DNA from: an uncultured bacterium
Lineage (GTDB): Bacteria; Verrucomicrobiota; Verrucomicrobiia; Limisphaerales; UBA8199
Length of the DNA: 64,000 nt
Assembly (NCBI GenBank): GCA_963749495.1
Contig: CAVVMW010000010.1
Coordinates: 96,001 to 160,000 of the forward strand
Direction of reading: 5' to 3'
The position numbers were made by a program, and so were the translations under genes. The notes below the pieces were generated by a model. It was not told the origin of the DNA. It was given only the letters and a program-made list of their open reading frames with translations, and searched no databases. Shown in pieces: positions 1 through 10,569 of this stretch. The number at the start of each line of letters is the position of its first letter. Positions within the stretch are counted from its first letter, which is position 1.

Positions 1-1928
1 AGCGAGGCCATCCAGGTTCCCCAGGTGCCCGATTAGCATGATGAAGGAACTGGACCCAAGCAGCACCAAGACGAACCCAGGAAAAGCGACAAGCCGGTGG
101 CGGTGGCCGAGGCAGGGCGAGACCAGGCAGGCCGCCGCCAAGCCGAAGGCGATGGCGACCACCAGCTCCTGGAAGACCGCCAACTCCCTGGAACGCCAAA
201 AAGCCGGGGCGGAAATCAGCATGATGGAGAAACCCGACCCAAGCAGCACCAGGACGAACCCAAGGACAGTGACAAACCGGCCGCGACGCCTGAGGTGATT
301 CAAAACCGACCAGGCCGCCGCCAGGCCGAAGGCGATGGCGACAACCAGCTCCTCGAAGAACCCCAACTCATTGGAAGGCCAGGAAGCCAGGACGGAAGGC
401 AGGAGGCTGCTCACTCCAGCAACGCCGCCCAGTGGCGCCCAAATCCACCAGGCCGACGCGGTGCGGTTGCTCCTGAGCAGCAGCAGAAGCAAGACCCCCA
501 ACCACGGCAAGAGCACCGGCAGAGGATTGGCCGCCGTCCAGCGATGGACCACAGCCGGCCCCTCGTTGTCACCCAGGCCGCGAAGCTCTGCCATCGCGGT
601 GATCCTCAGCTCGCCGGCGCTGCGCAAAGGTACTCGCCATGAGTACGAGCAGGCGCCCCCTCAGACAGGCTCGAACTTGGCGGAATAAATCTTCTTCCCC
701 GCGCGGTGAACGGCAAATCCAGGCTCGGTGTGAGGGCCCCGCGCTTCGTAGATTTCGCCTCCCGCCCCGAGCAACCGGTAATCGAGCACCAGGGACTTGC
801 CGCGTCGCTTGACCAGGACAGTGTTGGTCAGCGGACCGCCCGTGTCGAGCACCGCCTCGCCTCCGGCCCTGATGATGGGCGCGCACGGCGAGATCGGAGG
901 CTCTCCGAAGCGGTCCGAGCGGCGGCCGGCCTCGATCTCGCCGTGTTTGAGGGTGACGCGGCCATTGGTGTAGCTGCCGACGGGGATCATCTCCACCGCC
1001 TCCGGCCCGTCCAGAAGGACGGTCAAGGGCTGGCTGCTCTCTGAGTCAGGACGAGGCGCTCGATGAATTTGCCCGTCAATCTGAGCCGCCCGAGCTCCGC
1101 CGGCTGGGGCTTGAAATCGAGCCGGTACTTCGGTTGGTTGTCTTGCTGGATATAGGCGCAATCAACGTGGAAGGTCTGACCGGCAAAAAAGAGGTCTCGC
1201 GCAGAGCCGAGCAGGTCCAGGGGACCGGTTTGCGCGGGGTGAGCCGGGTTCCGGGCGGACCAGGGCCGCAGGAGCAGGGTGGCTCCGTCCGCAGCCCCGA
1301 TGCGGCCCTGGAGGCTATCCACCAGCCCTACTTGCCAATCCCGTCCCTCGAAGGCGAGTTTTCCTTCCCAAAAGTAACGACGTGCGGCAACCACGTTGGG
1401 CTGGTTGGTCTTGCCGAGGTAGATGAACCACAGATCCAGCAGGGCCGGGTGCAGGCCCATCACGGTGTTGAAAGTCAGGCGGACGTTACTGAAGCCAACA
1501 GAGGAGCTGAAAGGAAAGCGCGGTTGGCACGAATACACGCCGCCATGGTCGTCTGTCAGGTCCAGATTGCGGTTGAGATCCAGGTAGAGTTTGCCTTGCG
1601 CGCGGTCCAGGGCGAACGCGACGAAATGTTCGCTGTTGTCGCCGAACTTGAGCGTTCCGCGGACGACGGTCCGCCGGCCGAAATCCGGCTCTTTCCGGAA
1701 GGGGGTGGATTGGAAGGCGACAGGGACGTCCCAATCGAGCGAGAAGTTGCTCGAGTCCGGCTCCCGGTATTCGAGATAGACGGAATGCGTCAACGTGGGC
1801 GTTGTGGCAGCCGCGGGGGACCCCGGGGCTTCGGCAGCAGCGAGTGCGGCAACCGAACCGACCCACAGCGACCACCATCGGACAAGCGAACGACCCACCG
1901 ATTCGCAGCGGAGCCGCCAATCTCTCAT
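1..1928 (-). CDS. Secreted/membrane protein, candidate selenoprotein. One gene split by a 1-nt frameshift near 1040 and an in-frame TGA at 661-663; runs off the window start
   Basis: ORF 1023..1928 (signal peptide, KLYLDLNRNLDLTDD) joins ORF 661..1161 at ...ERLVLT/ESSQPLTVLLDGP. After TGA 661-663 the same frame stays open to base 1: GGACSYSWRVPLRSAGEL..., then a multi-TM hydrophobic domain. Confidence 0.7.
35..370 (-). repeat. Intragenic tandem duplication, period 183 bp (61 aa, two TM helices)
   Basis: agcatgatg..gacccaagcagcacca.gacgaaccca at 35 and 218; translated ELVVAIAFGLAAA...GFVLVLLGS..IML twice. Confidence 0.85.
616..657 (-). promoter_or_regulatory. Putative bacterial SECIS stem-loop directly 3' of UGA
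   Basis: mRNA: UGA GGG GGCGC(C)UGC UC GUACUC-AUGGC-GAGUAC CUUUGC GCAGCGCC. Perfect 6-bp apical stem (646-641/635-630), lower stem 657-649/623-616, loop starts after 20 nt. Confidence 0.6.
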
Positions 1929-2367
1929 GCGCCAGGTCCTTTTTGCAAAAGTCTCAATGCTCTGTTGCTATAGCATTGGACCAGGCCGGCCATGGGGCAT
2001 CACGGACAAACAACCCGAGGGCGCGTGAGGCGTTCTCGAAAAAATGGAATGTCGGGATATGAATACCGACTGGCCGTTGGCCTGCTCCAGTTCTACAAAC
2101 TGGAGATGGTACTCGTTGAGCCGCGGGCCAGGGCGGCCTGAAAGCCGGTATCCTGGAGAGAACGGGTGTCGTGGGGCGCATCTTGACCGTGCCACCACGC
2201 CCGAACACCTAAGGATTGGAGCGCGGACTTCAGTCCGCTTATGGCGCCCGACGGCCCGCCCGGCGCGGGTATCTTCCGAGGCCGGTCCTCCTTCCGGTTC
2301 CTTGAAGTTTGAACACCTCAGCCGGATCAAGACCAGGTATCACGGACAAAAACGGGTATGCGCCAAT

Positions 2368-4666
2368 TCAAGCCAGACCGCCGGACCGGCGAACGACCCA
2401 CTCGGCCGTGAGCAATGATACGATCAGGAGCAGCCAAATTGGTTTGTCCCACAGCGGGCGGTAACGGAAATGCTCGGTTGTGCGAACGGGATTGGAGAGC
2501 ATTTCCGTCACGCTGGACACATCCAGAGCCGGCGAAAGCGCCTTGCCTCCTCCAGCCGCCGCCAACTCGGCCATGAGTTGGGGATTGGCCCGCAATTCGA
2601 TTTCCTCGACTCCCAGCGCGTCCCAGGAGAGGAATTGGCTATCGGCGCCCAGTTCTTTGGTTCCTTGGCGCGCCGCGGCGGTGACGACGTATTGGCCCGG
2701 GCCTGCGGGCATAAACTCGGCGCGGTGGTCTCTGGTTGCCGGGTTGTATTTCGCCGGGACCTTGAGTTCCGCGTGGGTGGAGGAAACCAGAGAAAGTGAC
2801 ACTTCGGCATTAGGCGTTTCGGGAGACAAGATGACTCTGGCGCCGACTGGCCGGTTCGTGCCTGGAGATTCCCGGGCCAGTTCGAGCTGGATGCCGGAGT
2901 TGAGGACTCGTCCCGCGGCCAGCCAACGAATGGCGTTCGCCCAGAACTGGCGATAGTACCGCCGATCACAATTGGCTTCGATGAGAGGCAAGCCGCCGTT
3001 GATTGGTTCTCCCCAGAGCGTCTCAAAGTCTTGTCCCCAGCCGCGGGTAGTGTCGGTCGTGAAGGCCATGGAACGGCCTTTGCCGATCTCCTGGACCGCT
3101 AGAATCACGCAGGGGCCATAGCGAGTGAGCTGCGCTGGATGCTCCAACAGAACCACGGCTCCCGGTTTGGCCCGGTCCACGCGGTTGAACCCGGTGAACT
3201 GGGGAAGCTTTTCCAGCCAGGCCTGCCGCGTGGATGGCGCGTCGGCGCCCACCTGCATAATGGAGTGGGCCAGCGCGCCGGTCGAGACGCGCGGCTTGAA
3301 GGAGCCGGGCGTGATGTCCCGTTCCTGGTCCATGGTCACGGGGATGATACGTTCCAGGGGCGTCTTTTCATTGGCGCCCGCGCCAAAAGAGGTGAAGCCG
3401 CCCACCATCACGAACCCGCCCCCGTAATCCTCCACGAATCGGCGCGTGTTTTCCAACTGGCCTTGGGTGAAGGCCTCCTTGGGAATGTCACTGTCAATGA
3501 TGACGTCAAATTGCAGCAGGTCCTCCAGGGACCTGGGATAGCCCGCGCTGGGGTTTTCGACCCGGTAAACGCGAGCGCCGGTCTGCGCGTCGAGGAATAC
3601 GCCGTAGAGCCGAATCGTGTTGGCTCTCCACACTCTGGTTTCGATAGAGGGTCTTTATCTTGACGCCCGGCTCCCGGCTGAGGGACCGGTGCAAATAGAG
3701 GCACTCCGGACCGGAGCCAACGTCCCCGGTGCCTTCCATATAAAGCACGCGCAGGGAGGGGTCCACAACCTCGCACCCGAACTGCCTCCGGTTGTTGGCG
3801 GTCAGTCTCTCTCCCGGTTGGGGTGGTATTTCCAAGGTAAAGACCTGGAATCCTCTGCGGGGGGAGACCAAGGCCATTTCGACGGATTGCTCTGCTCCCG
3901 AGAGGACGACGTTGGTCTCGGCCATCAGCCGCGTTCCTTGCAGCAGGCGCAACGGGACGGTGGCGCCCTTGAAGCCCGGCGAACGCAGCACGGCCTTGAG
4001 TGCCGCCGGCGCCTGCTCGGCAACGCGATGCTGGACCTGCACTTCCTCGATTCGAATGTCCGGTATTTCGTTGGTGCTTCCGACCACCAGGGTGTGCAGC
4101 AGTACCTTTCTTTGATAATACTTGCGGACGACGGCAAGCGGGTCCAGTCCGCCATTGTCACGCCCATCGGAAAGGAGCAGCACCGCTCCCAGCGGCCGGA
4201 TGCCCGAGGCCGCCGGTTCGAGTGCCAGGAGGCCGTCCAGGGCCATGCCGAGTTCCGTGGTCCCGGCGGCATTGGTCAGGGCGGCCGGCCCGTCCACGCG
4301 GCGCAACTCATCGCTAAAGCCAAACCAGTTCACAATCGAATTCGTTGCCAGGTTTCGGCCCAACCAGGCCCTGGCCAGCTCGAGCCGGGACTGAGCGCCC
4401 TCGCGGGTCCCCATGCTCAGAGAGGTATCCAACAGCACGGCCAGTTGGGACGGTTCGGAACGCTGGGCCGGTTGAATCCGTCGAGGGTCAAGAATGCACG
4501 CCACCACCACCGCCACGGTCAGACAACGGAGCATGAGGATCACGACGCGGCGCCAGGCGCCAGTTGCGCCTCGCGCCCGGCGGAAGCTCCAATAGAGAAA
4601 CCCTGCCGTAACCAGTCCGCCCAGCAACAGCCAAAGCCAGTGGGGCTTATAAGCGAATTCGATCAT
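2368..4666 (-). CDS. VWA + Ig-like + glutamine-amidotransferase-like membrane protein (frameshift near 3600-3635)
   Basis: N-terminal TMs, LLDTSLSM MIDAS, LLLSDGRDN, FVEDYGGGFVMVGG, GKGRSMAFTTDTT, C-terminal TM ending EWVVRRSGGLA. ORFs 3506..4666 and 2368..3633 together align with paralog 8224..10569. Confidence 0.8.
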
Positions 4667-4675
4667 GTCCGCTCC

Positions 4676-7600
4676 TCACTTGGCGGGCCCTTTCCCAGCG
4701 TCCGGCGTTTGGGCGCGTTCCATTCTCATGATGCTGGACTTGGCCTGCAGGTCCGCCCGGCTCACGACGAGGGGCGTGCCATTTTCCCAGGCCTGCAATT
4801 CGTATTCCGTGTCGGCAAATCCGGCACAACTCAGCGAGAACATGAGGGTCTTGAAGTCGGCGCCGCCCGCGCTGGAGGTCCATTGGCCCTTGGCGTCGGT
4901 GGTCACTGAATCCAGGTCCGTCAGGGAGAACTGCCCATTGGCGTCTTTGACGATCCCTCGAACATGGATGGCCACTCCCGCGATGGGATGATCGGCCGTA
5001 TCGAGGACCCTTCCGCCGATCTCGGCTCCCCGCGACAATTTGACCGTGACCGCATTCGGCAGCGGCTCGGTCTGAGCACCGGTCACGGTGGTGCTGCTGG
5101 CCTGCCGCCCATTGGCCGTAACCGTTACCGCGAACGAGTCAAAGCGTCCGTGAGGGCAGAGCAACTCCAACCGGCCCTGTGGGTCACTGGGGGAGTCCGC
5201 GATCAACACCGGGGCAGGCCCGCATTTCGCCGTCACGCGCACTCGCGCCCCTGCGATCGGCTGCAGGCTGGCGGCATCCACGGCACGGACGCTGAAGGCG
5301 TCGAAATGCGAGGGGCTCTCCGGCTCAAAGAGGCTGTCCCGTGACGGGGCCGTTGGATTGTCTTCGAGGCTTACGGCCAGGATCATCGGGTTTGCCGCGC
5401 ACAATTCCGAAATAATATCCAGACGAGTTACCACCTGGTCCGGCAGGGGATTGTCCAGCGGAGTGTGGTAGAGACGCAGGACCTTGCCGTACTGGGCGGC
5501 GTCCTCGCTGGGGCCCTTCCATGCCACTTTCGAATTTGGGTCGCGCACGAGGCCCCGGTAGTCGCCGGGGGCGTCGTACCAATCCTGGGCATGAACGCCA
5601 TACACCAACCTGGCGACGCGCCGCTCGCCGTTGGCGTAATAGAGGACCAACTGCTCCAGCGGCCTGCCGGTCCCGTCATAATACTCGGCGCAGTGCAGCA
5701 AGTGCAGGCGCGAGAACTTCTTCCCGACCGGGATTCCGGCCGCTTCCAAAGGAAGCGCGCCTCCTTCAGTGAGTGTCCTGGAGGAGGCCAATTCGATATA
5801 GCCGTTGATCTGGAAAGGAATGCCGTCGAGGCGTTGCAGTCCCTTGGGAACGGCCACCCACGATTTCAAAGTGACTTGATTGTAGAACGAGTCCAGGGAC
5901 AGCGGGATAGCATCTCTGTCCGGGGCTGCCTTGGCCAAGGCAAAACGAGCGGCCATTGGCGTCAGGCGCCTCCGTCTCTGCTCTGGCGAAGAATTCTGCA
6001 TGCCGAGCGAAGTGGGGAGCAGTGTCAGTTCCCGCGGGGCGCTGCCGGGGTTCAGAGTGACGTCCTTCAAAGGGCGGAAGCCATTGCAGGCCACTAAGAA
6101 TGTGGCGCTGTCCGCAGGGGATGAGTCCCAGAGGAACTTGCCTTGGACATCGGTGTAAGCGATGTGCCGAAGCCAGGGCTGTTCGCCTCCAGGGGTGAGT
6201 TCGAAGAGCACGTGAGGAACCGGCTGGCCCGAGGGATCACGCACCACCGCCTGCAGCGGCTTGGCGCGGCTCAGCGCCACGGTGAGGGCGTTGGTCTTTG
6301 CTCCCAGCTTCTGCAGCTTCGGCGCGAACCCTTCAGCGGTGACCAGCAAACGGGCCGGGCCGGCTTCCAGCCCACGCAGAGCAAAATGTCCGTCCCGATC
6401 GGTGCGCGCGGTACGGCGCCCCTCGGCGGGCGTTTCGCCCAGGAACAAGGTCACTTGCGCGTCGAGCACGGGCGCTCCGGCCGCCGTCACCCTTCCTTTG
6501 AGTTCCTCGCCTGCGTGGAGTCGGAAGACCGCCTTTTGGCGGGACAAGTCGTCGGCGCGGACAGTGAGCGGCCCGGCGCCGCCGGCATCCTCTTGTTCAT
6601 AAGTCGCCGGCAGAAAGTCGGGGTGCTGAAAGGTGAGTGTGAGGCCGGTGAAATTTGAGGGAGCGCAGCTCAGCACCCACCGGCCATCGGCGCCGGTCCT
6701 GGCCGTCGGCCACTGAGCCAGGGTGAACTTGCCGACCATGTCCTTCTCGACGCCGGCGGCGACGACGGCGGCGTTCGCCACGGGTCGGCCTTGTTCATCC
6801 TGGACCACGCCGCCGATGGTCCCGCCGCGCGCCAGTCTGAAGGCCGGCGTTTCCGGAGGGGGCGCCGTGTTGGTCGCGCCAACGGCTTTGGGTTCCGGGA
6901 GTTGGGAGTCGGAACCGTTCTGAGGTTTTGCCACGAGTGAGAATCGCCCCGCCAGATGGCGGGGACTCAAGGCCCGGAGTTGCACCGGGATTTCTCCTGA
7001 GCCTGGCTGAAAATCGAATGAGACTTCGCCCTGCTTGTCAGTGACATTAGCGACCCACTTCGACCAGTTGTCTCCTTCGCGCAACCAGGCCTGAACTTCA
7101 GCGTGGCCGATAGGACTGCCGTCGGCGGCGTCGAGCAGACGAACGCGTTGGACGACGGGCTCGATGACAGCCGGGATCGGGCGGGGGTCCAACAACGGTC
7201 CCTCCGCGATGCGGTCGGGCCCTGATTCGGCGGTGGCGGCCGCCAGGTTGTAGCGGCACTTGCTGAACAACGAACGCAGGTCGAAGGAGATGACTTCGAC
7301 TTCCGGCCGTGGGTTGGGCAGCACGGTCTCCCAGAACGTAGTGACGAAAGGATCGTCGGGTTTGTCGAGTTGCGGCGCCATCCAGGCGTAGTGGCTGTTC
7401 GGATCGGCGGCTTCGTTCCCGTAAGCGGGATGGCTCCAATCCTGGAAATGCACGCCGTAGCGCAGGACAAAAACCCGCGCCTGGCCATCAGCATAGTGCA
7501 GAATCAGCCTGGCGGCGGGCGCTCCGTGAGGCGCGACCATTTCGCTGAAATGCAGCAGGTGAAGCTGCGTAATGCGACGCCCGACGGGGATGGCGTCGGC

Positions 7601-7930
7601 TCGTGTCAGGTAGAACTCGCTCGTGTGGGACTCGGAGGTCTTGAGTTGGATAACCCCCTCGATCCGGAACGGCACACCACGAAGAACCTGTCGTCCGCCA
7701 GGCGGCCCATTCCAAGTGGCCCACGGTTTGTAGCCATCCCAGGCACAGCTCAAGTGACCGGAGAGATCGATCTCAGTGAAGGCCGGCGCCACTCCGGCCA
7801 CGGCCCCGCCAATGCAGCACGACAACGCCGTGGCCGCCAGCAGGGGCCGCAGGGGGCCGGCGCGTTTGCGCGGGACGGCGATGGTGCGGCGGGGGAGACC
7901 CGCTCTTCGAATTCCAGAATAAGTTTTCAT
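4676..7930 (-). CDS. Secreted surface protein with carboxypeptidase-regulatory-like repeats and two galactose-binding-like beta-sandwich domains
   Basis: Repeated GGxIGGxVxDxxGxPVAxAxV...TDxxGxW/F; two LHLLH..YADG..YGVHxQDW..DPNS..AW..NPxP domains. Start moved to ATG 7930 because the upstream part of the ORF runs through a palindromic element. Confidence 0.75.
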   Translation of the reverse strand: MKTYSGIRRAGLPRRTIAVPRKRAGPLRPLLAATALSCCIGGAVAGVAPAFTEIDLSGHLSCAWDGYKPWATWNGPPGGRQVLRGVPFRIEGVIQLKTSESHTSEFYLTRADAIPVGRRITQLHLLHFSEMVAPHGAPAARLILHYADGQARVFVLRYGVHFQDWSHPAYGNEAADPNSHYAWMAPQLDKPDDPFVTTFWETVLPNPRPEVEVISFDLRSLFSKCRYNLAAATAESGPDRIAEGPLLDPRPIPAVIEPVVQRVRLLDAADGSPIGHAEVQAWLREGDNWSKWVANVTDKQGEVSFDFQPGSGEIPVQLRALSPRHLAGRFSLVAKPQNGSDSQLPEPKAVGATNTAPPPETPAFRLARGGTIGGVVQDEQGRPVANAAVVAAGVEKDMVGKFTLAQWPTARTGADGRWVLSCAPSNFTGLTLTFQHPDFLPATYEQEDAGGAGPLTVRADDLSRQKAVFRLHAGEELKGRVTAAGAPVLDAQVTLFLGETPAEGRRTARTDRDGHFALRGLEAGPARLLVTAEGFAPKLQKLGAKTNALTVALSRAKPLQAVVRDPSGQPVPHVLFELTPGGEQPWLRHIAYTDVQGKFLWDSSPADSATFLVACNGFRPLKDVTLNPGSAPRELTLLPTSLGMQNSSPEQRRRRLTPMAARFALAKAAPDRDAIPLSLDSFYNQVTLKSWVAVPKGLQRLDGIPFQINGYIELASSRTLTEGGALPLEAAGIPVGKKFSRLHLLHCAEYYDGTGRPLEQLVLYYANGERRVARLVYGVHAQDWYDAPGDYRGLVRDPNSKVAWKGPSEDAAQYGKVLRLYHTPLDNPLPDQVVTRLDIISELCAANPMILAVSLEDNPTAPSRDSLFEPESPSHFDAFSVRAVDAASLQPIAGARVRVTAKCGPAPVLIADSPSDPQGRLELLCPHGRFDSFAVTVTANGRQASSTTVTGAQTEPLPNAVTVKLSRGAEIGGRVLDTADHPIAGVAIHVRGIVKDANGQFSLTDLDSVTTDAKGQWTSSAGGADFKTLMFSLSCAGFADTEYELQAWENGTPLVVSRADLQAKSSIMRMERAQTPDAGKGPAK

Positions 7931-7981
7931 TTTGGTGCAAGTCAGCTCTTGAAGGGGGGGTAGGGTTTGGCCGTCGGGTTT

Positions 7982-8127
7982 CCCCTCACCCCGTCCCTCT
8001 CCCCATCCGATGGGGAGAGGGAGGACCGTTGGGCGTCGGTTGACGAATCGCGGCACATTGGAGCGTTCGAGGCCGGACATTGCTGCGCCCTCTCCCCATC
8101 GGATGGGGAGAGGGCCGGGGTGAGGGG
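7982..8127. repeat. 146-bp REP/MITE-like element with 40-bp inverted ends, copy 1
   Basis: cccctcaccccg.ccctctccccatccgatggggagaggg (7982-8021) and its reverse complement (8088-8127). Confidence 0.85.
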
Positions 8128-8223
8128 CAAGCAGCGACCGGCCAGAATGAGGTGCCAGAAATTGATTTGTGCCCGTTTCATTTGTCTTTTCCTGTCGTGC
8201 GTTGCGCTTGCATTTGCCGACCA

Positions 8224-10569
8224 TTACGCCAGGCCCACGCGCCGGCGCGCGACCCACTCCAAAGTGAGCAGCCCGACAATCGTAGCCAGCCAAACCCAGG
8301 TGTCCCAGAGCGGCTGGCGGTGGTCATCCGCAGCTTGGAGCTTGTCCCCAGCCAAAGTGGCGGTCAGCTTGGCCGGCTCGGCGGTGAGCGAGAGCACTTG
8401 CCCGCCGGAGTTGCGCGCGATCTCCGCGAGCAACTCGGGGCGCGCCTGCGCGTCTGTCATCTCGACATCGCGGTTGGCGCAGACCAGGAGTTGCCTGGCC
8501 TCGAGCTCCTGAATGCCGCTGCGCCTGGCCTGGGCGCGGACGACGAACCGTCCTGGCGAGGGTGGTGTCAGGATGGCGCGATAGACCGCCGCGCTCTGGT
8601 TGCCAGTGGCCGGGACGACTTGGATCTCTTTGTCATCCTGCAACAGGCTCACAGTGACGTTCGCGTCGCGGACCGTCTTGCCCGTTTTGTCCAGCACTTT
8701 GGCGCTCACTGCCACCTCTTCGCCGGGCAGGACTTCGTCACGGTCGAGGGCGATTTGCGTGCTGCCTTGTTCCTGGGCGAATTTGTTGGCCGCGAGCCAA
8801 CGCATTGCGTTGGCCCAAAAGCGCCGGTAGTAGCGGTTATCGCAAGCGGATGCCCGCGGTGGAAACGTGCCTGGCCTGCCGGACGCCGGCTTTCGGCTCG
8901 GGTCGGGTTCGCCCCAGTATTTTTCGAACTCGTAACCCCAGACCGAGGTGGTGTCGGTCGTAAAGGCCATCGAGCGGCCCTTGCCGATCTCCTGCGCCGC
9001 GAGGATCACGCTGGGCCCGTAACGTGTGGTCAGGCTCGGGTGCACCAAGAGCGTGACGGCCCCGGGCTTGGCGCGATCCACGCGGTTGAAACCTGCCAGC
9101 GGCGGGAATCGCTCGGTCCAGATCCGCCTGTTTTCGGCCGGGTTGTCCGCCACTTTGAGCAACGGATGGTTCCGGCTCTCCGCCGGGATGCGCGGCACAA
9201 ACAGGTCGAATGTGGTGTCGTGTTCGAGCTCCATTTCGACCGGGATGATTCTCTCCCACGAGGTCTCGCTCCAATGGCCGGCGCCAAAGGCCGTGACCCC
9301 GCCAACCATCACAAATCCGCCGCCGAATTCCTCGACGAACCGCACGGTGTTCTGCAACTGCTCCTGGGTGAACAGGGCCTTGTCAATGTCGCTGCAAATC
9401 ACCACGTGGAACCGCAGCAGTTCCTCCAACGTCTTGGGATAGCCGAGGCGCGAATGGCCCACGCGATAGATCCTCTGGCCGGTGCGAGGATCCACGTAGG
9501 CCGGCGCGTCGCGCATGCCCGGCGGCGTCGGCTTGAACTGCTCATGGTAGAGCGCGCGGACCTCGAAACCCTCGTCTTCCAGCGCCCATTTGAGATCGAG
9601 TATTTCCGGATGATCATCCTCTTCCCCGGTGCCCTCCATGTAAATCACGCGCAGCTTTGGATTGGAAACGGTTAGGCCGAATTCCCGGCGGTGATTGTCA
9701 GTCTGGCGCTCCCCGGGGTCGGCCGGGATCTCGAGGACAAAGGTCTGGAAACCGTCTCGCGGCGCCTGAAACTCAATATCAACTTGCTGCGTCGCCCCGT
9801 TGAGCGTAAGGGGCTGTTTGGCAACCGGCTTATCGTCCTGCGAAACGCGCCACTCGGTCTTGTGGCCGGCGCAACCTGGCGAAGCCACCGTCGCGATGAC
9901 GTGAATCGTCGCCTGGCGCGTATAGACCGGGCGGGTCTCCACACCTGCTATCCTGACGCCCGGCGCTTGGTAGTCCGTTCCAACGCACAGCGTGTGGATC
10001 GGCACCTTGTCGCGCCCGAATTGCCTGGCGACTTCCGCCGCGTTGCGCGAGACGTTCTCCGCGCCGTCGGAGATGAGCAGGACGCTCTCCAGCGGCTCGT
10101 TTGCGGCGACGCAACGCAAGCCGCCCAGCGCGCCGCCTATGTCGGTGCGGTCGCCGGCAAGTGTGACGGCCTCCAGCGAGGGCAGCGCGTCCAGCTTTCG
10201 GTCAAAATGGAACATCCGCAACTGGAGATGCCGGGGCAGGCGAAGCGAGTTACGAATCCAGGTCGTAGCCGTCTCGATACGCGCGCGGCCCAAGTCCGCC
10301 ACACCCATGCTGCGCGATGTGTCCAGCAGCAAACCGACGCAGCCCGATTCGAGACGCCGCACCTCCCGCACCCTCTGCGGATCCAACAGGCACAGCGCCA
10401 CCACCGCCACGACCAGCAACCGCAAACCGAGCACCAGCCCACGCCGGGCGGGCGCCCTCCGGCCCGCAGCTCGCCGGTGGCTCCACACCAGCAGCGCGAC
10501 CACCGCCGCGCCGACGATCAACCATGCCCATCCGGGCTTGCTGGCGAACTCGATTCGCTCATTCAGCAT
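8224..10569 (-). CDS. VWA + Ig-like + glutamine-amidotransferase-like membrane protein
   Basis: LLDTSRSM MIDAS, LLISDGAEN, FVEEFGGGFVMVGG, GKGRSMAFTTDTT, C-terminal TM ending EWVARRRVGLA. Confidence 0.85.
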   Translation of the reverse strand: MLNERIEFASKPGWAWLIVGAAVVALLVWSHRRAAGRRAPARRGLVLGLRLLVVAVVALCLLDPQRVREVRRLESGCVGLLLDTSRSMGVADLGRARIETATTWIRNSLRLPRHLQLRMFHFDRKLDALPSLEAVTLAGDRTDIGGALGGLRCVAANEPLESVLLISDGAENVSRNAAEVARQFGRDKVPIHTLCVGTDYQAPGVRIAGVETRPVYTRQATIHVIATVASPGCAGHKTEWRVSQDDKPVAKQPLTLNGATQQVDIEFQAPRDGFQTFVLEIPADPGERQTDNHRREFGLTVSNPKLRVIYMEGTGEEDDHPEILDLKWALEDEGFEVRALYHEQFKPTPPGMRDAPAYVDPRTGQRIYRVGHSRLGYPKTLEELLRFHVVICSDIDKALFTQEQLQNTVRFVEEFGGGFVMVGGVTAFGAGHWSETSWERIIPVEMELEHDTTFDLFVPRIPAESRNHPLLKVADNPAENRRIWTERFPPLAGFNRVDRAKPGAVTLLVHPSLTTRYGPSVILAAQEIGKGRSMAFTTDTTSVWGYEFEKYWGEPDPSRKPASGRPGTFPPRASACDNRYYRRFWANAMRWLAANKFAQEQGSTQIALDRDEVLPGEEVAVSAKVLDKTGKTVRDANVTVSLLQDDKEIQVVPATGNQSAAVYRAILTPPSPGRFVVRAQARRSGIQELEARQLLVCANRDVEMTDAQARPELLAEIARNSGGQVLSLTAEPAKLTATLAGDKLQAADDHRQPLWDTWVWLATIVGLLTLEWVARRRVGLA

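Noticed and set aside
38..688. Plus-strand ORFs 38..298, 97..642, 335..688
   Set aside because: Shadows of the minus-strand membrane-domain frame, which the track omits because it runs off the window.
7931..8293. N-terminal extension of ORF 4676..8293
   Set aside because: It translates the palindromic element (PHPGPLPIRWGEG) and overlaps the upstream gene; the signal peptide follows ATG 7930.
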